Shown: positions 49,801 through 63,600 of the stretch, one piece after another | How the letters are laid out: every line of letters begins with the position of its first letter | Numbering within the stretch: position 1 is the stretch's first letter | Source of the DNA: Eledone cirrhosa | Taxonomy: Eukaryota | Length of the DNA stretch: 64,000 nt | Direction: 5' to 3' | Assembly: GCA_964016885.1 (NCBI GenBank) | Contig: OZ024741.1 | Span: forward strand, 2,976,001-3,040,000 | The notes under the pieces: generated by a model | The model's input: the letters and a program-made list of their open reading frames with translations, nothing else | Told to the model about the DNA's origin: nothing | Database searches by the model: none | Program-made: the position numbers and the translations under genes

Positions 49801-52800
49801 CTGCCCAGCACTACTCACAGTTTCTTCTCTGAACACCTTCTACTGTCCAGCTCTCCTCACAGTTTCTTCTCTGAAGTCCTTCTTCTGTCCAGCTCTCCTC
49901 ACAGTTTCTTCTCTGAAGACCTTCTACTGTCCAGCTCTCCTCACAGTTTCTTCTCTGAAGAGCTTCTACTGTTCAGCTCCCCTGACAGTTTATTCATTGA
50001 ATATCTTCTACTGTCCAGTTCTCCTCACACTTTCTTCTCTGAAGATCTTCTACTGTCCAGCTCTCCTCACACTTTCTTCTCTGAAGACCTTCTGCTGTCC
50101 AGCTCTCCTCACATTTTCTTCTCTGAAGACATTCTACTGTCCAGCTCTCCTCACAGTTTCTTCTCTGAAGTTCTACTAATGTCCAGCTCTCCTCACATTT
50201 TCTACTCTGAAGACCTTCTGTTGTCCAGCTCTCCTCACAGATTCTTCTCTGAAGAGATTCTACTGTCCAGCTCACCTCACAGTTTCTTCTCTGAAGACCT
50301 TCTGCTGTCCAGCTCTCCTCACAGTTTCTTCTCTGAAGACCTTCTGCTGTCCAGCTCTCCTCACAGTTTCTTCTCTGAAGATCTTCTACTGTCCAGCTCT
50401 CCTCACAGTTTCTTCTGTGAAGACATTCTACTGTCCAGCTCTCCTCACAGTTTCTTTTCTGAAGACATTCTACTGTCCAGCTCTCAGGACAGTTTCTTTT
50501 CTGAAGACCTACTGTCCAGCTCTCCTCACAGTTTCTTTTCTGAAGACCTTCTGCTGCCCAGCACTACTCACAGTTTCTTCTCTGAACACCTTCTACTGTC
50601 CAGCTCTCCTCACATTTTCTTCTCTGAAGACATTCTACTGTCCAGTTCTCCTCACAGATTCTTCTCTGAAGAGATTCTACTGTCCAGCTCTCCTCACAGT
50701 TTCTTCTCTGAAGACCTTCTGCTGTCCAGCTCTCCTCACAGTTTCTTCTCTGAAGACCTTCTGCTGTCCAGCTCTCCTCACAGTTTCTTCTCTGAAGATC
50801 TTCTACTGTCCTGCTCTCCTCACAGTTTCTTCTGTGAAGACATTCTACTGTCCAGCTCTCCTCATAATTTCTTCTCTGAAGACCTTCTGCTGTCCAGCTC
50901 TCCTCACAGTTTCTTTTCTGAAGACATTCTACTGTCCAGTTCTCCTCACACTTTCTTCTTTGAAGACCTTCTACTGTCCAGCTCTCCTCACAGTTTCTTT
51001 TCTGAAGACCTACTGTCCAGCTCTCCTCACAGTTTCTTTTCTGAAGACCTTCTGCTGCCCAGCACTCCTCACAGTTTCTTCTCTGAACACCTTCTACTGT
51101 CCAGCTCTCCTCACAGTTTCTTCTCTGAAGTCCTTCTTCTGTCCAGCTCTCCTCACAGTTTCTTCTCTGAAGAACTTCTACTGTCCAGCTCTCCTCACAG
51201 TTTCTTCTCTGAAGAGCTTCTACTGTTCAGCTCCCCTGACAGTTTATTCTCTGAATATCTTCTACTGTCCAGTTCTCCTCACACTTTCTTCTCTGAAGAT
51301 CTTCTACTGTCCAGCTCTCCTCACACTTTCTTCTCTGAAGACCTTCTGCTGTCCAGCTCTCCTCACATTTTCTTCTCTGAAGACCTTCTACTGTCCAGCT
51401 CTCCTCACAGTTTCTTCTCTGAAGTTCTACTAATGTCCAGCTCTCCTCACAGTTTCTTCTCTGAAGACCTTCTGCTGTCCAGCTCTCCTCACAGTTTCTT
51501 CTCTGAAGATCTTCTACTGTCCAGCTCTCCTCACACTTTCTTCTTTGAAGACCTTCTACTGTCCAGCTCTCCTCACAGTTTCTTTTCTGAAGACCTACTG
51601 TCCAGCTCTCCTCACAGTTTCTTTTCTGAAGACCTTCTGCTGCCCAGCACTCCTCACAGTTTCTTCTCTGAACACCTTCTACTGTCCAGCTCTCCTCACA
51701 GTTTCTTCTCTGAAGTCCTTCTACTGTGCAGCTCTCCTCACAGTTTCTTTTCTGAAGACCTACTGTCCAGCTCTCCTCACAGTTTCTTTTCTGAAGACCT
51801 TCTGCTGCCCAGCACTACTCACAGTTTCTTCTCTGAACACCTACTACTGTCCAGCTCTCCTCACAGTTTCTTCTCTGAAGTCCTTCTTCTGTCCAGCTCT
51901 CCTCACAGTTTCTTCTCTGAAGACCTTCTACTGTCCAGCTCTCCTCACAGTTTCTTCTCTGAAGAGCTTCTACTGTTCAGCTCCCCTGACAGTTTATTCT
52001 CTGAATATCTTCTACTGTCCAGTTCTCCTCACACTTTCTTCTCTGAAGATCTTCTACTGTCCAGCTCTCCTCACACTTTCTTCTCTGAAGACCTTCTGCT
52101 GTCCAGCTCTCCTCACATTTTCTTCTCTGAAGACATTCTACTGTCCAGCTCTCCTCACAGTTTCTTCTCTGAAGTTCTACTAATGTCCAGCTCTCCTCAC
52201 ATTTTCTACTCTGAAGACCTTCTGTTGTCCAGCTCTCCTCACAGATTCTTCTCTGAAGAGATTCTACTGTCCAGCTCTCCTCACAGTTTCTTCTCTGAAG
52301 ACCTTCTGCTGTCCAGCTCTCCTCACAGTTTCTTCTCTGAAGACCTTCTGCTGTCCAGCTCTCCTCACAGTTTCTTCTCTGAAGATCTTCTACTGTCCAG
52401 CTCTCCTCACAGTTTCTTCTGTGAAGACATTCTACTGTCCAGCTCTCCTCACAGTTTCTTTTCTGAAGACATTCTACTGTCCAGCTCTCAGGACAGTTTC
52501 TTTTCTGAAGACCTACTGTCCAGCTCTCCTCACAGTTTCTTTTCTGAAGACCTTCTGCTGCCCAGCACTACTCACAGTTTCTTCTCTGAACACCTTCTAC
52601 TGTCCAGCTCTCCTCACATTTTCTTCTCTGAAGACATTCTACTGTCCAGTTCTCCTCACAGATTCTTCTCTGAAGAGATTCTACTGTCCAGCTCTCCTCA
52701 CAGTTTCTTCTCTGAAGACCTTCTGCTGTCCAGCTCTCCTCACAGTTTCTTCTCTGAAGACCTTCTGCTGTCCAGCTCTCCTCACAGTTTCTTCTCTGAA

Positions 52801-55800
52801 GATCTTCTACTGTCCTGCTCTCCTCACAGTTTCTTCTGTGAAGACATTCTACTGTCCAGCTCTCCTCATAATTTCTTCTCTGAAGACCTTCTGCTGTCCA
52901 GCTCTCCTCACAGTTTCTTTTCTGAAGACATTCTACTGTCCAGTTCTCCTCACACTTTCTTCTTTGAAGACCTTCTACTGTCCAGCTCTCCTCACAGTTT
53001 CTTTTCTGAAGACCTACTGTCCAGCTCTCCTCACAGTTTCTTTTCTGAAGACCTTCTGCTGCCCAGCACTCCTCACAGTTTCTTCTCTGAACACCTTCTA
53101 CTGTCCAGCACTCCTCACAGTTTCTTCTCTGAAGTCCTTCTTCTGTCCAGCTCTCCTCACAGTTTCTTCTCTGAAGAACTTCTACTGTCCAGCTTACCTC
53201 ACAGTTTCTTCTCTGAAGAGCTTCTACTGTTCAGCTCCCCTGACAGTTTATTCTCTGAATATCTTCTACTGTCCAGTTCTCCTCACACTTTCTTCTCTGA
53301 AGATCTTCTACTGTCCAGCTCTCCTCACACTTTCTTCTCTGAAGACCTTCTGCTGTCCAGCTCTCCTCACATTTTCTTCTCTGAAGACCTTCTACTGTCC
53401 AGCTCTCCTCACAGCTTCTTCTCTGAAGTTCTACTAATGTCCAGCTCTCCTCACAGTTTCTTCTCTGAAGACCTTCTGCTGTCCAGCTCTCCTCACAGTT
53501 TCTTCTCTGAAGATCTTCTACTGTCCAGCTCTCCTCACACTTTCTTCTTTGAAGACCTTCTACTGTCCAGCTCTCCTCACAGTTTCTTTTCTGAAGACCT
53601 ACTGTCCAGCTCTCCTCACAGTTTCTTTTCTGAAGACCTTCTGCTGCCCAGCACTCCTCACAGTTTCTTCTCTGAACACCTTCTACTGTCCAGCTCTCCT
53701 CACAGTTTCTTCTCTGAAGTCCTTCTTCTGTCCAGCTCTCCTCACAGTTTCTTCTCTGAAGACCTCCTACTGTCCAGCTCTCCTCACAGTTTCTTCTCTG
53801 AAGAGCTTCTACTGTTCAGCTCCCCTGACAGTTTATTCTCTGAATATCTTCTACTGTCCAGTTCTCCTCTCACTTTCTTATCTGAAGATCTTCTACTGTC
53901 CAGCTCTCCTCACACTTTCTTCTCTGAAGACCTTCTGCTGTCCAGCTCTCCTCACAGATTCTTCTCTGAAGAGATTCTACTGTCCAGCTCTCCTCACAGT
54001 TTCTTCTCTGAAGACCTTCTGCTGTCCAGCTCTCCTCACAGTTTCTTCTCTGAAGACCTTCTGCTGTCCAGCTCTCCTCACAGTTTCTTCTCTGAAGATC
54101 TTCTACTGTCCAGCTCTCCTCACAGTTTCTTCTGTGAAGACATTCTACTGTCCAGCTCTTCTCATAATTTCTTCTCTGAAGACCTTCTGCTGTCCAGCTC
54201 TCCCCACAGTTTCTTTTCTGAAGACATTCTACTGTCCAGTTCTCCTCACACTTTCTTCTTTGAAGACCTTCTACTGTCCAGCTCTCCTCACAGTTTCTTT
54301 TCTGAAGACCTACTGTCCAGCTCTCCTCACAGTTTCTTTTCTGAAGACCTTCTGCTGCCCAGCACTACTCACAGTTTCTTCTCTGAACACCTTCTACTGT
54401 CCAGCTCTACTCACAGTTTCTTCTCTGAAGACCTTCTACTGTCCAGCTCTCCTCACAGTTTCTTCTCTGAAGAGCTTCTACTGTTCAGCTCCCCTGACAG
54501 TTTATTCTCTGAATATCTTCTACTGTCCAGTTCTCCTCACACTTTCTTCTCTGAAGATCTTCTACTGTCCAGCTCTCCTCACACTTTCTTCTCTGAAGAC
54601 CTTCTGCTGTCCAGCTCTCCTCACATTTTCTTCTCTGAAGACCTTCTACTGTCCAGCTCTCCTCACAGTTTCTTTTCTGAAGACATTCTACTGTCCAGTT
54701 CTCCTCACACTTTCTTCTTTGAAGACCTTCTGCTGTCCAGCTCTCCTCACAGTTTCTTCTCTGAAGATCTTCTACTGTCCAGCTCTCCTCACAGTTTCTT
54801 CTGTGTAGACATTCTACTGTCCAGCTCTCCTCATAATTTCTTCTCTGAAGACCTTCTGCTGTCCAGCTCTCCTCACAGTTTCTTTTCTGAAGACATTCTA
54901 CTGTCCAGTTCTCCTCACACTTTCTTCTTTGAAGACCTTCTACTGTCCAGCTCTCCTCACAGTTTCTTTTCTGAAGACCTACTGTCCAGCTCTCCTCACA
55001 GTTTCTTTTCTGAAGACCTTCTGCTGCCCAGCACTACTCACAGTTTCTTCTCTGAACACCTTCTACTGTCCAGCTCTCCTCACAGTTTCTTCTCTGAAGT
55101 CCTTCTTCTGTCCAGCTCTCCTCACAGTTTCTTCTCTGAAGACCTTCTACTGTCCAGCTCTCCTCACAGTTTCTTCTCTGAAGAGCTTCTACTGTTCAGC
55201 TCCCCTGACAGTTTATTCTCTGAATATCTTCTACTGTCCAGTTCTCCTCACACTTTCTTCTCTGAAGATCTTCTACTGTCCAGCTCTACTCACATTTTCT
55301 ACTCTGAAGACCTCCTGTTGTCCAGCTCTCCTCACAGATTCTTCTCTGAAGAGATTCTACTGTCCAGCTCTCCTCACAGTTTCTTCTCTGAAGACCTTCT
55401 GCTGTCCAGCTCTCCTCACACTTTCTTCTCTGAAGACCTGCTGCTGTCCAGCTCTCCTCACAGTTTCTTCTCTGAAGATCTTCTACTGTCCAGCTCTCCT
55501 CACAGTTTCTTCTGTGAAGACATTCTACTGTCCAGCTCTCCTCACAGTTTCTTCTCTGAAGACCTTCTACTGTCTAGCTCTCCGGACAGTTTCTTCTCTG
55601 AAGACCTTCTACTCTCACGCTCTCGTAACAGTTTCTTCCCTGAAGACCTTCTACTGTCCAGCTCTCCTCATGATTTCTTCTCTGAAGACCTTCTACTGTC
55701 CAGCTCTCCTCACAGTTTCTTTTCTGAAGACATTCTACTGTCCAGTTCTCCTCACACTTTCTTCTTTGAAGACCTTCTACTGTCCAGCTCTCCTCACAGT

Positions 55801-58600
55801 TTCTTTTCTGAAGACCTACTGTCCAGCTCTCCTCACAGTTTCTTTTCTGAAGATCTTCTACTGTCCAGCTCTCCTCATAATTTCTTCTCTGAAGACCTTC
55901 TGCTGTCCAGCTCTCCTCACAGTTTCTTTTCTGAATACATTCTACTGTCCAGTTCTCCTCACACTTTCTTCTTTGAAGACCTTCTACTGTCCAGCTCTCC
56001 TCACAGTTTCTTTTCTGAAGACCTACTCTCCAGCTCTCCTCACAGTTTCTTTTCTGAAGATCTTCTACTGTCCAGTTCTCCTCACACTTTCTTCTCTGAA
56101 GATCTTCTACTGTCCAGCTCTCCTCACACTTTCTTCTCTGAAGACCTTCTGCTGTCCAGCTCTCCTCACATTTACTTCTCTGAAGACCTTCTACTGTCCA
56201 GCTCTCCTCACAGTTTCTTCTCTGAAGTTCTACTAATGTCCAGCTCTCCTCACATTTTCTACTCTGAAGACCTTCTGTTGTCTAGCTCTCCTCACAGATT
56301 CTTCTCTGAAGAGATTCTACTGTCCAGCTCTCCTCACAGTTTCTTCTCTGAAGACCTTCTGCTGTCCAGCTCTCCTCACAGTTTCTTCTCTGAAGACCTT
56401 CTGCTGTCCAGCTCTCCTCACAGTTTCTTCTCTGAAGATCTTCTACTGTCCAGCTCTCCTCACAGTTTCTTCTGTAAAGACATTCTACTGTCCAGCTCTC
56501 CTCATAATTTCTTCTCTGAAGACCTTCTGCTGTCCAGCTCTCCTCACAAGTTCTTCTCTGTAGACCTTCTACTATCTAGTTCTCCGGACAGTTTCTTCTC
56601 TGAAGACCTTCTATTCTCCAGCTCTTGTCACACTTTCTTCTCTGAAGACCTTCTACTGTCCAGCTCTCCTCACAGTTTCTTCTCTGAAGACCTTCTACTG
56701 TCCAGCTCTCCTCACAGTTTCTTCTCTGAAGAGCTTCTACTGTTCAGCTCCCCTGACAGTTTATTCTCTGAATATCTTCTACTGTCCAGTTCTCCTCACA
56801 CTTTCTTCTCTGAAGATCTACTACTGTCCAGCTCTCCTCACACTTTCTTCTCTGAAGACCTTCTGCTGTCCAGCTCTCCTCACATTTTCTTCTCTGAAGA
56901 CCTTCTACTGTCCAGCTCTCCTCACAGTTTCTTTTCTGAAGACATTCTACTGTCCAGTTCTCCTCACAGATTCTTCTCTGAAGAGATTCTACTGTCCAGC
57001 TCTCCTCACAGTTTCTTCTCTGAAGACCTTCTGCTGTCCAGCTCTCCTCACAGTTTCTTCTCTGAAGACCTTCTGCTGTCCAGCTCTCCTCACAGTTTCT
57101 TCTCTGAAGATCTTCTACTGTCCTGCTCTCCTCACAGTTTCTTCTGTGAAGACATTCTACTGTCCAGTTCTCCTCACACTTTCTTCTTTGAAGACCTTCT
57201 ACTGTCCAGCTCTCCTCACAGTTTCTTTTCTGAAGACCTACTGTCCAGCTCTCCTCACAGTTTCTTTTCTGAAGACCTTCTGCTGCCCAGCACTACTCAC
57301 AGTTTCTTCTCTGAACACCTTCTACTGTCCAGCTCTCCTCACAGTTTCTTCTCTGAAGTCCTTCTTCTGTCCAGCTCTCCTCACAGTTTCTTCTCTGAAG
57401 ACCTTCTACTGTCCAGCTCTCCTCACAGTTCCTTCTCTGAAGAGCTTCTACTGTTCAGCTCCCCTGACAGTTTATTCTCTGAATATCTTCTACTGTCCAG
57501 TTCTCCTCACACTTTCTTCTCTGAAGATCTTCTACTGTCCAGCTCTCCTCACACTTTCTTCTCTGAAGACCTTCTGCTGTCCAGCTCTCCTCACATTTTC
57601 TTCTCTGAAGACATTCTACTGTCCAGCTCTCCTCACAGTTTCTTCTCTGAAGTTCTACTAATGTCCAGCTCTCCTCACATTTTCTACTCTGAAGACCTTC
57701 TGTTGTCCAGCTCTCCTCACAGATTCTTCTCTGAAGAGATTCTACTGTCCAGCTCTCCTCACAGTTTCTTCTCTGAAGACCTTCTGCTGTCCAGCTCTCC
57801 TCACAGTTTCTTCTCTGAAGACCTTCTGCTGTCCAGCTCTCCTCACAGTTTCTTCTCTGAAGATCTTCTACTGTCCAGCTCTCCTCACAGTTTCTTCTGT
57901 GAAGACATTCTACTGTCCAGCTCTCCTCACAGTTTCTTTTCTGAAGACATTCTACTGTCCAGCTCTCAGGACAGTTTCTTTTCTGAAGACCTACTGTCCA
58001 GCTCTCCTCACAGTTTCTTTTCTGAAGACCTTCTGCTGCCCAGCACTACTCACAGTTTCTTCTCTGAACACCTTCTACTGTCCAGCTCTCCTCACATTTT
58101 CTTCTCTGAAGACATTCTACTGTCCAGTTCTCCTCACAGATTCTTCTCTGAAGAGATTCTACTGTCCAGCTCTCCTCACAGTTTCTTCTCTGAAGACCTT
58201 CTGCTGTCCAGCTCTCCTCACAGTTTCTTCTCTGAAGACCTTCTGCTGTCCAGCTCTCCTCACAGTTTCTTCTCTGAAGATCTTCTACTGTCCTGCTCTC
58301 CTCACAGTTTCTTCTGTGAAGACATTCTACTGTCCAGCTCTCCTCATAATTTCTTCTCTGAAGACCTTCTGCTGTCCAGCTCTCCTCACAGTTTCTTTTC
58401 TGAAGACATTCTACTGTCCAGTTCTCCTCACACTTTCTTCTTTGAAGACCTTCTACTGTCCAGCTCTCCTCACAGTTTCTTTTCTGAAGACCTACTGTCC
58501 AGCTCTCCTCACAGTTTCTTTTCTGAAGACCTTCTGCTGCCCAGCACTACTCACAGTTTCTTCTCTGAACACCTTCTACTGTCCAGCTCTCCTCACAGTT
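46900..58600. repeat. Direct duplication of ~4.2 kb (about 46.9-51.1 kb and 54.4-58.6 kb), offset 7482-7566 bp
   Basis: ORFs 47405/54929 (435 aa) and CGTAAC at 48100/55624 are offset by 7524. CAAGTTC at 48981/56547 is offset by 7566. ORFs 50417/57899 are offset by 7482. The offsets differ by whole monomers. Boundaries are approximate. Confidence 0.85.
49750..53710. repeat. Tandem duplication with 2004-bp period (48 monomers)
   Basis: ORF pairs 50417/52421 (338 aa, near-identical) and 51545/53549 are offset by 2004. Boundaries are approximate. Confidence 0.85.
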
Positions 58601-60630
58601 TCTTCTCTGAAGTCCTTCTTCTGTCCAGCTCTCCTCACAGTTTCTTCTCTGAAGACCTTCTACTGTCCAGCTCTCCTCACAGTTTCTTCTCTGAAGAGCT
58701 TCTACTGTTCAGCTCCCCTGACAGTTTATTCTCTGAATATCTTCTACTGTCCAGTTCTCCTCACACTTTCTTCTCTGAAGATCTTCTACTGTCCAGCTCT
58801 ACTCACATTTTCTACTCTGAAGACCTCCTGTTGTCCAGCTCTCCTCACAGATTCTTCTCTGAAGAGATTCTACTGTCCAGCTCTCCTCACAGTTTCTTCT
58901 CTGAAGACCTTCTGCTGTCCAGCTCTCTTCACACTTTCTTCTCTGAAGACCTGCTGCTGTCCAGCTCTCCTCACAGTTTCTTCTCTGAAGATCTTCTACT
59001 GTCCAGCTCTCCTCACAGTTTCTTCTGTGAAGACATTCTACTGTCCAGCTCTCCTCACAGTTTCTTCTCTGAAGACCTTCTACTGTCTAGCTCTCCGGAC
59101 AGTTTCTTCTCTGAAGACCTTCTACTCTCACGCTCTCGTAACAGTTTCTTCCCTGAAGACCTTCTACTGTCCAGCTCTCCTCATGATTTCTTCTCTGAAG
59201 ACCTTCTACTGTCCAGCTCTCCTCACAGTTTCTTTTCTGAAGACATTCTACTGTCCAGTTCTCCTCACACTTTCTTCTTTGAAGACCTTCTACTGTCCAG
59301 CTCTCCTCACAGTTTCTTTTCTGAAGACCTACTGTCCAGCTCTCCTCACAGTTTCTTTTCTGAAGATCTTCTACTGTCCAGCTCTCCTCATAATTTCTTC
59401 TCTGAAGACCTTCTGCTGTCCAGCTCTCCTCACAGTTTCTTTTCTGAATACATTCTACTGTCCAGTTCTCCTCACACTTTCTTCTTTGAAGACCTTCTAC
59501 TGTCCAGCTCTCCTCACAGTTTCTTTTCTGAAGACCTACTCTCCAGCTCTCCTCACAGTTTCTTTTCTGAAGATCTTCTACTGTCCAGTTCTCCTCACAC
59601 TTTCTTCTCTGAAGATCTTCTACTGTCCAGCTCTCCTCACACTTTCTTCTCTGAAGACCTTCTGCTGTCCAGCTCTCCTCACATTTACTTCTCTGAAGAC
59701 CTTCTACTGTCCAGCTCTCCTCACAGTTTCTTCTCTGTAGTTCTACTAATGTCCAGCTCTCCTCACATTTTCTACTCTGAAGACCTTCTGTTGTCTAGCT
59801 CTCCTCACAGATTCTTCTCTGAAGAGATTCTACTGTCCAGCTCTCCTCACAGTTTCTTCTCTGAAGACCTTCTGCTGTCCAGCTCTCCTCACAGTTTCTT
59901 CTCTGAAGACCTTCTGCTGTCCAGCTCTCCTCACAGTTTCTTCTCTGAAGATCTTCTACTGTCCAGCTCTCCTCACAGTTTCTTCTGTAAAGACATTCTA
60001 CTGTCCAGCTCTCCTCATAATTTCTTCTCTGAAGACCTTCTGCTGTCCAGCTCTCCTCACAAGTTCTTCTCTGTAGACCTTCTACTATCTAGTTCTCCGG
60101 ACAGTTTCTTCTCTGAAGACCTTCTATTCTCCAGCTCTTGTCACACTTTCTTCTCTGAAGACCTTCTACTGTCCAGCTCTCCTCACAGTTTCTTCTCTGA
60201 AGACCTTCTACTGTCCAGCTCTCCTCACAGTTTCTTCTCTGAAGAGCTTCTACTGTTCAGCTCCCCTGACAGTTTATTCTCTGAATATCTTTTACTGTCC
60301 AGTTCTCCTCACACTTTCTTCTCTGAAGATCTACTACTGTCCAGCTCTCCTCACACTTTCTTCTCTGAAGACCTTCTGCTGTCCAGCTCTCCTCACATTT
60401 TCTTCTCTGAAGACCTTCTACTGTCCAGTTCTCCTCACAGATTCTTCTCTGAAGAGATTCTACTGTCCAGCTCTCCTCACAGTTTCTTCTCTGAAGACCT
60501 TCTGCTGTCCAGCTCTCCTCACAGTTTCTTCTCTGAAGACCTTCTGCTGTCCAGCTCTCCTCACAGTTTCTTCTCTGAAGATCTTCTACTGTCCTGCTCT
60601 CCTCACAGTTTCTTCTGTGAAGACATTCTA
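54850..60630. repeat. Direct duplication offset 3513 bp (about 54.9-57.1 kb and 58.4-60.6 kb)
   Basis: CGTAAC at 55624/59137 and CAAGTTC at 56547/60060 are offset by 3513. Both copies share the GAATACATT variant. TCCTGC at 57121/60592 is offset by 3471 (one monomer lost). Confidence 0.85.
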
Positions 60631-63600
60631 CTGTCCAGCTCTCCTCATAATTTCTTCTCTGAAGACCTTCTGCTGTCCAGCTCTCCTCACAGTTTCTTTT
60701 CTGAAGACATTCTACTGTCCAGTTCTCCTCACACTTTCTTCTTTGAAGACCTTCTACTGTCCAGCTCTCCTCACAGTTTCTTTTCTGAAGACCTACTGTC
60801 CAGCTCTCCTCACAGTTTCTTTTCTGAAGACCTTCTGCTGCCCAGCACTCCTCACAGTTTCTTCTCTGAACACCTTCTACTGTCCAGCTCTCCTCACAGT
60901 TTCTTCTCTGAAGTCCTTCTTCTGTCCAGCTCTCCTCACAGTTTCTTCTCTGAAGAACTTCTACTGTCCAGCTCTCCTCACAGTTTCTTCTCTGAAGAGC
61001 TTCTACTGTTCAGCTCCCCTGACAGTTTATTCTCTGAATATCTTCTACTGTCCAGTTCTCCTCACACTTTCTTCTCTGAAGATCTTCTACTGTCCAGCTC
61101 TCCTCACACTTTCTTCTCTGAAGACCTTCTGCTGTCCAGCTCTCCTCACATTTTCTTCTCTGAAGACCTTCTACTGTCCAGCTCTCCTCACAGTTTCTTC
61201 TCTGAAGTTCTACTAATGTCCAGCTCTCCTCACAGTTTCTTCTCTGAAGACCTTCTGCTGTCCAGCTCTCCTCACAGTTTCTTCTCTGAAGATCTTCTAC
61301 TGTCCAGCTCTCCTCACACTTTCTTCTTTGAAGACCTTCTACTGTCCAGCTCTCCTCACAGTTTCTTTTCTGAAGACCTACTGTCCAGCTCTCCTCACAG
61401 TTTCTTTTCTGAAGACCTTCTGCTGCCCAGCACTCCTCACAGTTTCTTCTCTGAACACCTTCTACTGTCCAGCTCTCCTCACAGTTTCTTCTCTGAAGTC
61501 CTTCTTCTGTCCAGCTCTCCTCACAGTTTCTTCTCTGAAGACCTCCTACTGTCCAGCTCTCCTCACAGTTTCTTCTCTGAAGAGCTTCTACTGTTCAGCT
61601 CCCCTGACAGTTTATTCTCTGAATATCTTCTACTGTCCAGTTCTCCTCACACTTTCTTATCTGAAGATCTTCTACTGTCCTGCTCTCCTCACACTTTCTT
61701 CTCTGAAGACCTTCTGCTGTCCAGCTCTCCTCACAGATTCTTCTCTGAAGAGATTCTACTGTCCAGCTCTCCTCACAGTTTCTTCTCTGAAGACCTTCTG
61801 CTGTCCAGCTCTCCTCACAGTTTCTTCTCTGAAGACCTTCTGCTGTCCAGCTCTCCTCACAGTTTCTTCTCTGAAGATCTTCTACTGTCCAGCTCTCCTC
61901 ACAGTTTCTTCTGTGAAGACATTCTACTGTCCAGCTCTTCTCATAATTTCTTCTCTGAAGACCTTCTGCTGTCCAGCTCTCCTCACAGTTTCTTTTCTGA
62001 AGACATTCTACTGTCCAGTTCTCCTCACACTTTCTTCTTTGAAGACCTTCTACTGTCCAGCTCTCCTCACAGTTTCTTTTCTGAAGACCTACTGTCCAGC
62101 TCTCCTCACAGTTTCTTTTCTGAAGACCTTCTGCTGCCCAGCACTACTCACAGTTTCTTCTCTGAACACCTTCTACTGTCCAGCTCTACTCACAGTTTCT
62201 TCTCTGAAGTCCTTCTTCTGTCCAGCTCTCCTCACAGTTTCTTCTCTGAAGACCTTCTACTGTCCAGCTCTCCTCACAGTTTCTTCTCTGATGAGCTTCT
62301 ACTGTTCAGCTCCCCTGACAGTTTATTCTCTGAATATCTTCTACTGTCCAGTTCTCCTCACACTTTCTTCTCTGAAGATCTTCTACTGTCCAGCTCTACT
62401 CACATTTTCTACTCTGAAGACCTCCTGTTGTCCAGCTCTCCTCACAGATTCTTCTCTGAAGAGATTCTACTGTCCAGCTCTCCTCACAGTTTCTTCTCTG
62501 AAGACCTTCTGCTGTCCAGCTCTCCTCACACTTTCTTCTCTGAAGACCTGCTGCTGTCCAGCTCTCCTCACAGTTTCTTCTCTGAAGATCTTCTACTGTC
62601 CAGCTCTCCTCACAGTTTCTTCTGTGAAGACATTCTACTGTTCAGCTCTCCTGACAGTTTATTCTCTGAATATCTTCTACTGTCCAGTTCTCCTCACACT
62701 TTCTTCTCTGAAGATCATCTACTGTCCAGCTCTCCTCACACTTTCTTCTCTGAAGATCTTCTACTGTCCAGCTCTACTCACATTTTCTACTCTGAAGACC
62801 TCCTGTTGTCCAGCTCTCCTCACAGATTCTTCTCTGAAGAGCTTCTACTGTTCAGCTCCCCTGACAGTTTATTCTCTGAATATCTTCTACTGTCCAGTTC
62901 TCCTCACGCTTTCTTCTCTGAAGATCTTCTACTGTCCAGCTCTCCTCACACTTTCTTCTCTGAAGACCTTCTGCTGTCCAGCTCTCCTCACATTTTCTTC
63001 TCTGAAGACCTTCTACTGTCCAGCTCTCCTCACAGTTTCTTCTCTGAAGTTCTACTAATGTCCAGCTCTCCTCTCATTTTCTACTCTGAAGACCTTCTGT
63101 TGTCCAGCTCTCCTCACAGATTCTTCTCTGAAGAGATTCTACTGTCCAGCTCTCCTCACAGTTTCTTCTCTGAAGACCTTCTGCTGTCCAGCTCTCCTCA
63201 CAGTTTCTTCTCTGAAGACCTTCTGCTGTCCAGCTCTCCTCACAGTTTCTTCTCTGAAGATCTTCTACTGTCCAGCTCTCCTCACAGTTTCTTCTGTGAA
63301 GACCTTCTACTATCTAGTTCTCCGGACAGTTTCTTCTCTGAAGACCTTCTACTCTCCAGCTCTTGTCACACTTTCTTCTCTGAAGACCTTCTACTGTCCA
63401 GCTCTCCTCATGATTTCTTCTCTGAAGACCTTCTACTGTCCAGCTCTCCTCACAGTTTCTTCTGTGAAGACATTCTACTGTCTAGCTCTCCTCATAATTT
63501 CTTCTCTGAAGACCTGCTGCTGTCCAGCTCTCCTCACAGTTTCTTCTCTGAAGTTCTACTAATGTCCAGCTCTCCTCACATTTTCTACTCTGATGACCTT

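Noticed and set aside
727-50275. Minus-strand RRKCEESWTVEGLQ ORFs as a C2H2 zinc-finger array (KCEE resembles YKCEEC; 84 = 2 x 42 bp)
   Set aside because: There is no CxxC pair, HxxxH or TGEKP linker. The period is 14 aa rather than 28, and the frame is repeatedly stopped by TTCAGC and TCTAGC variants.
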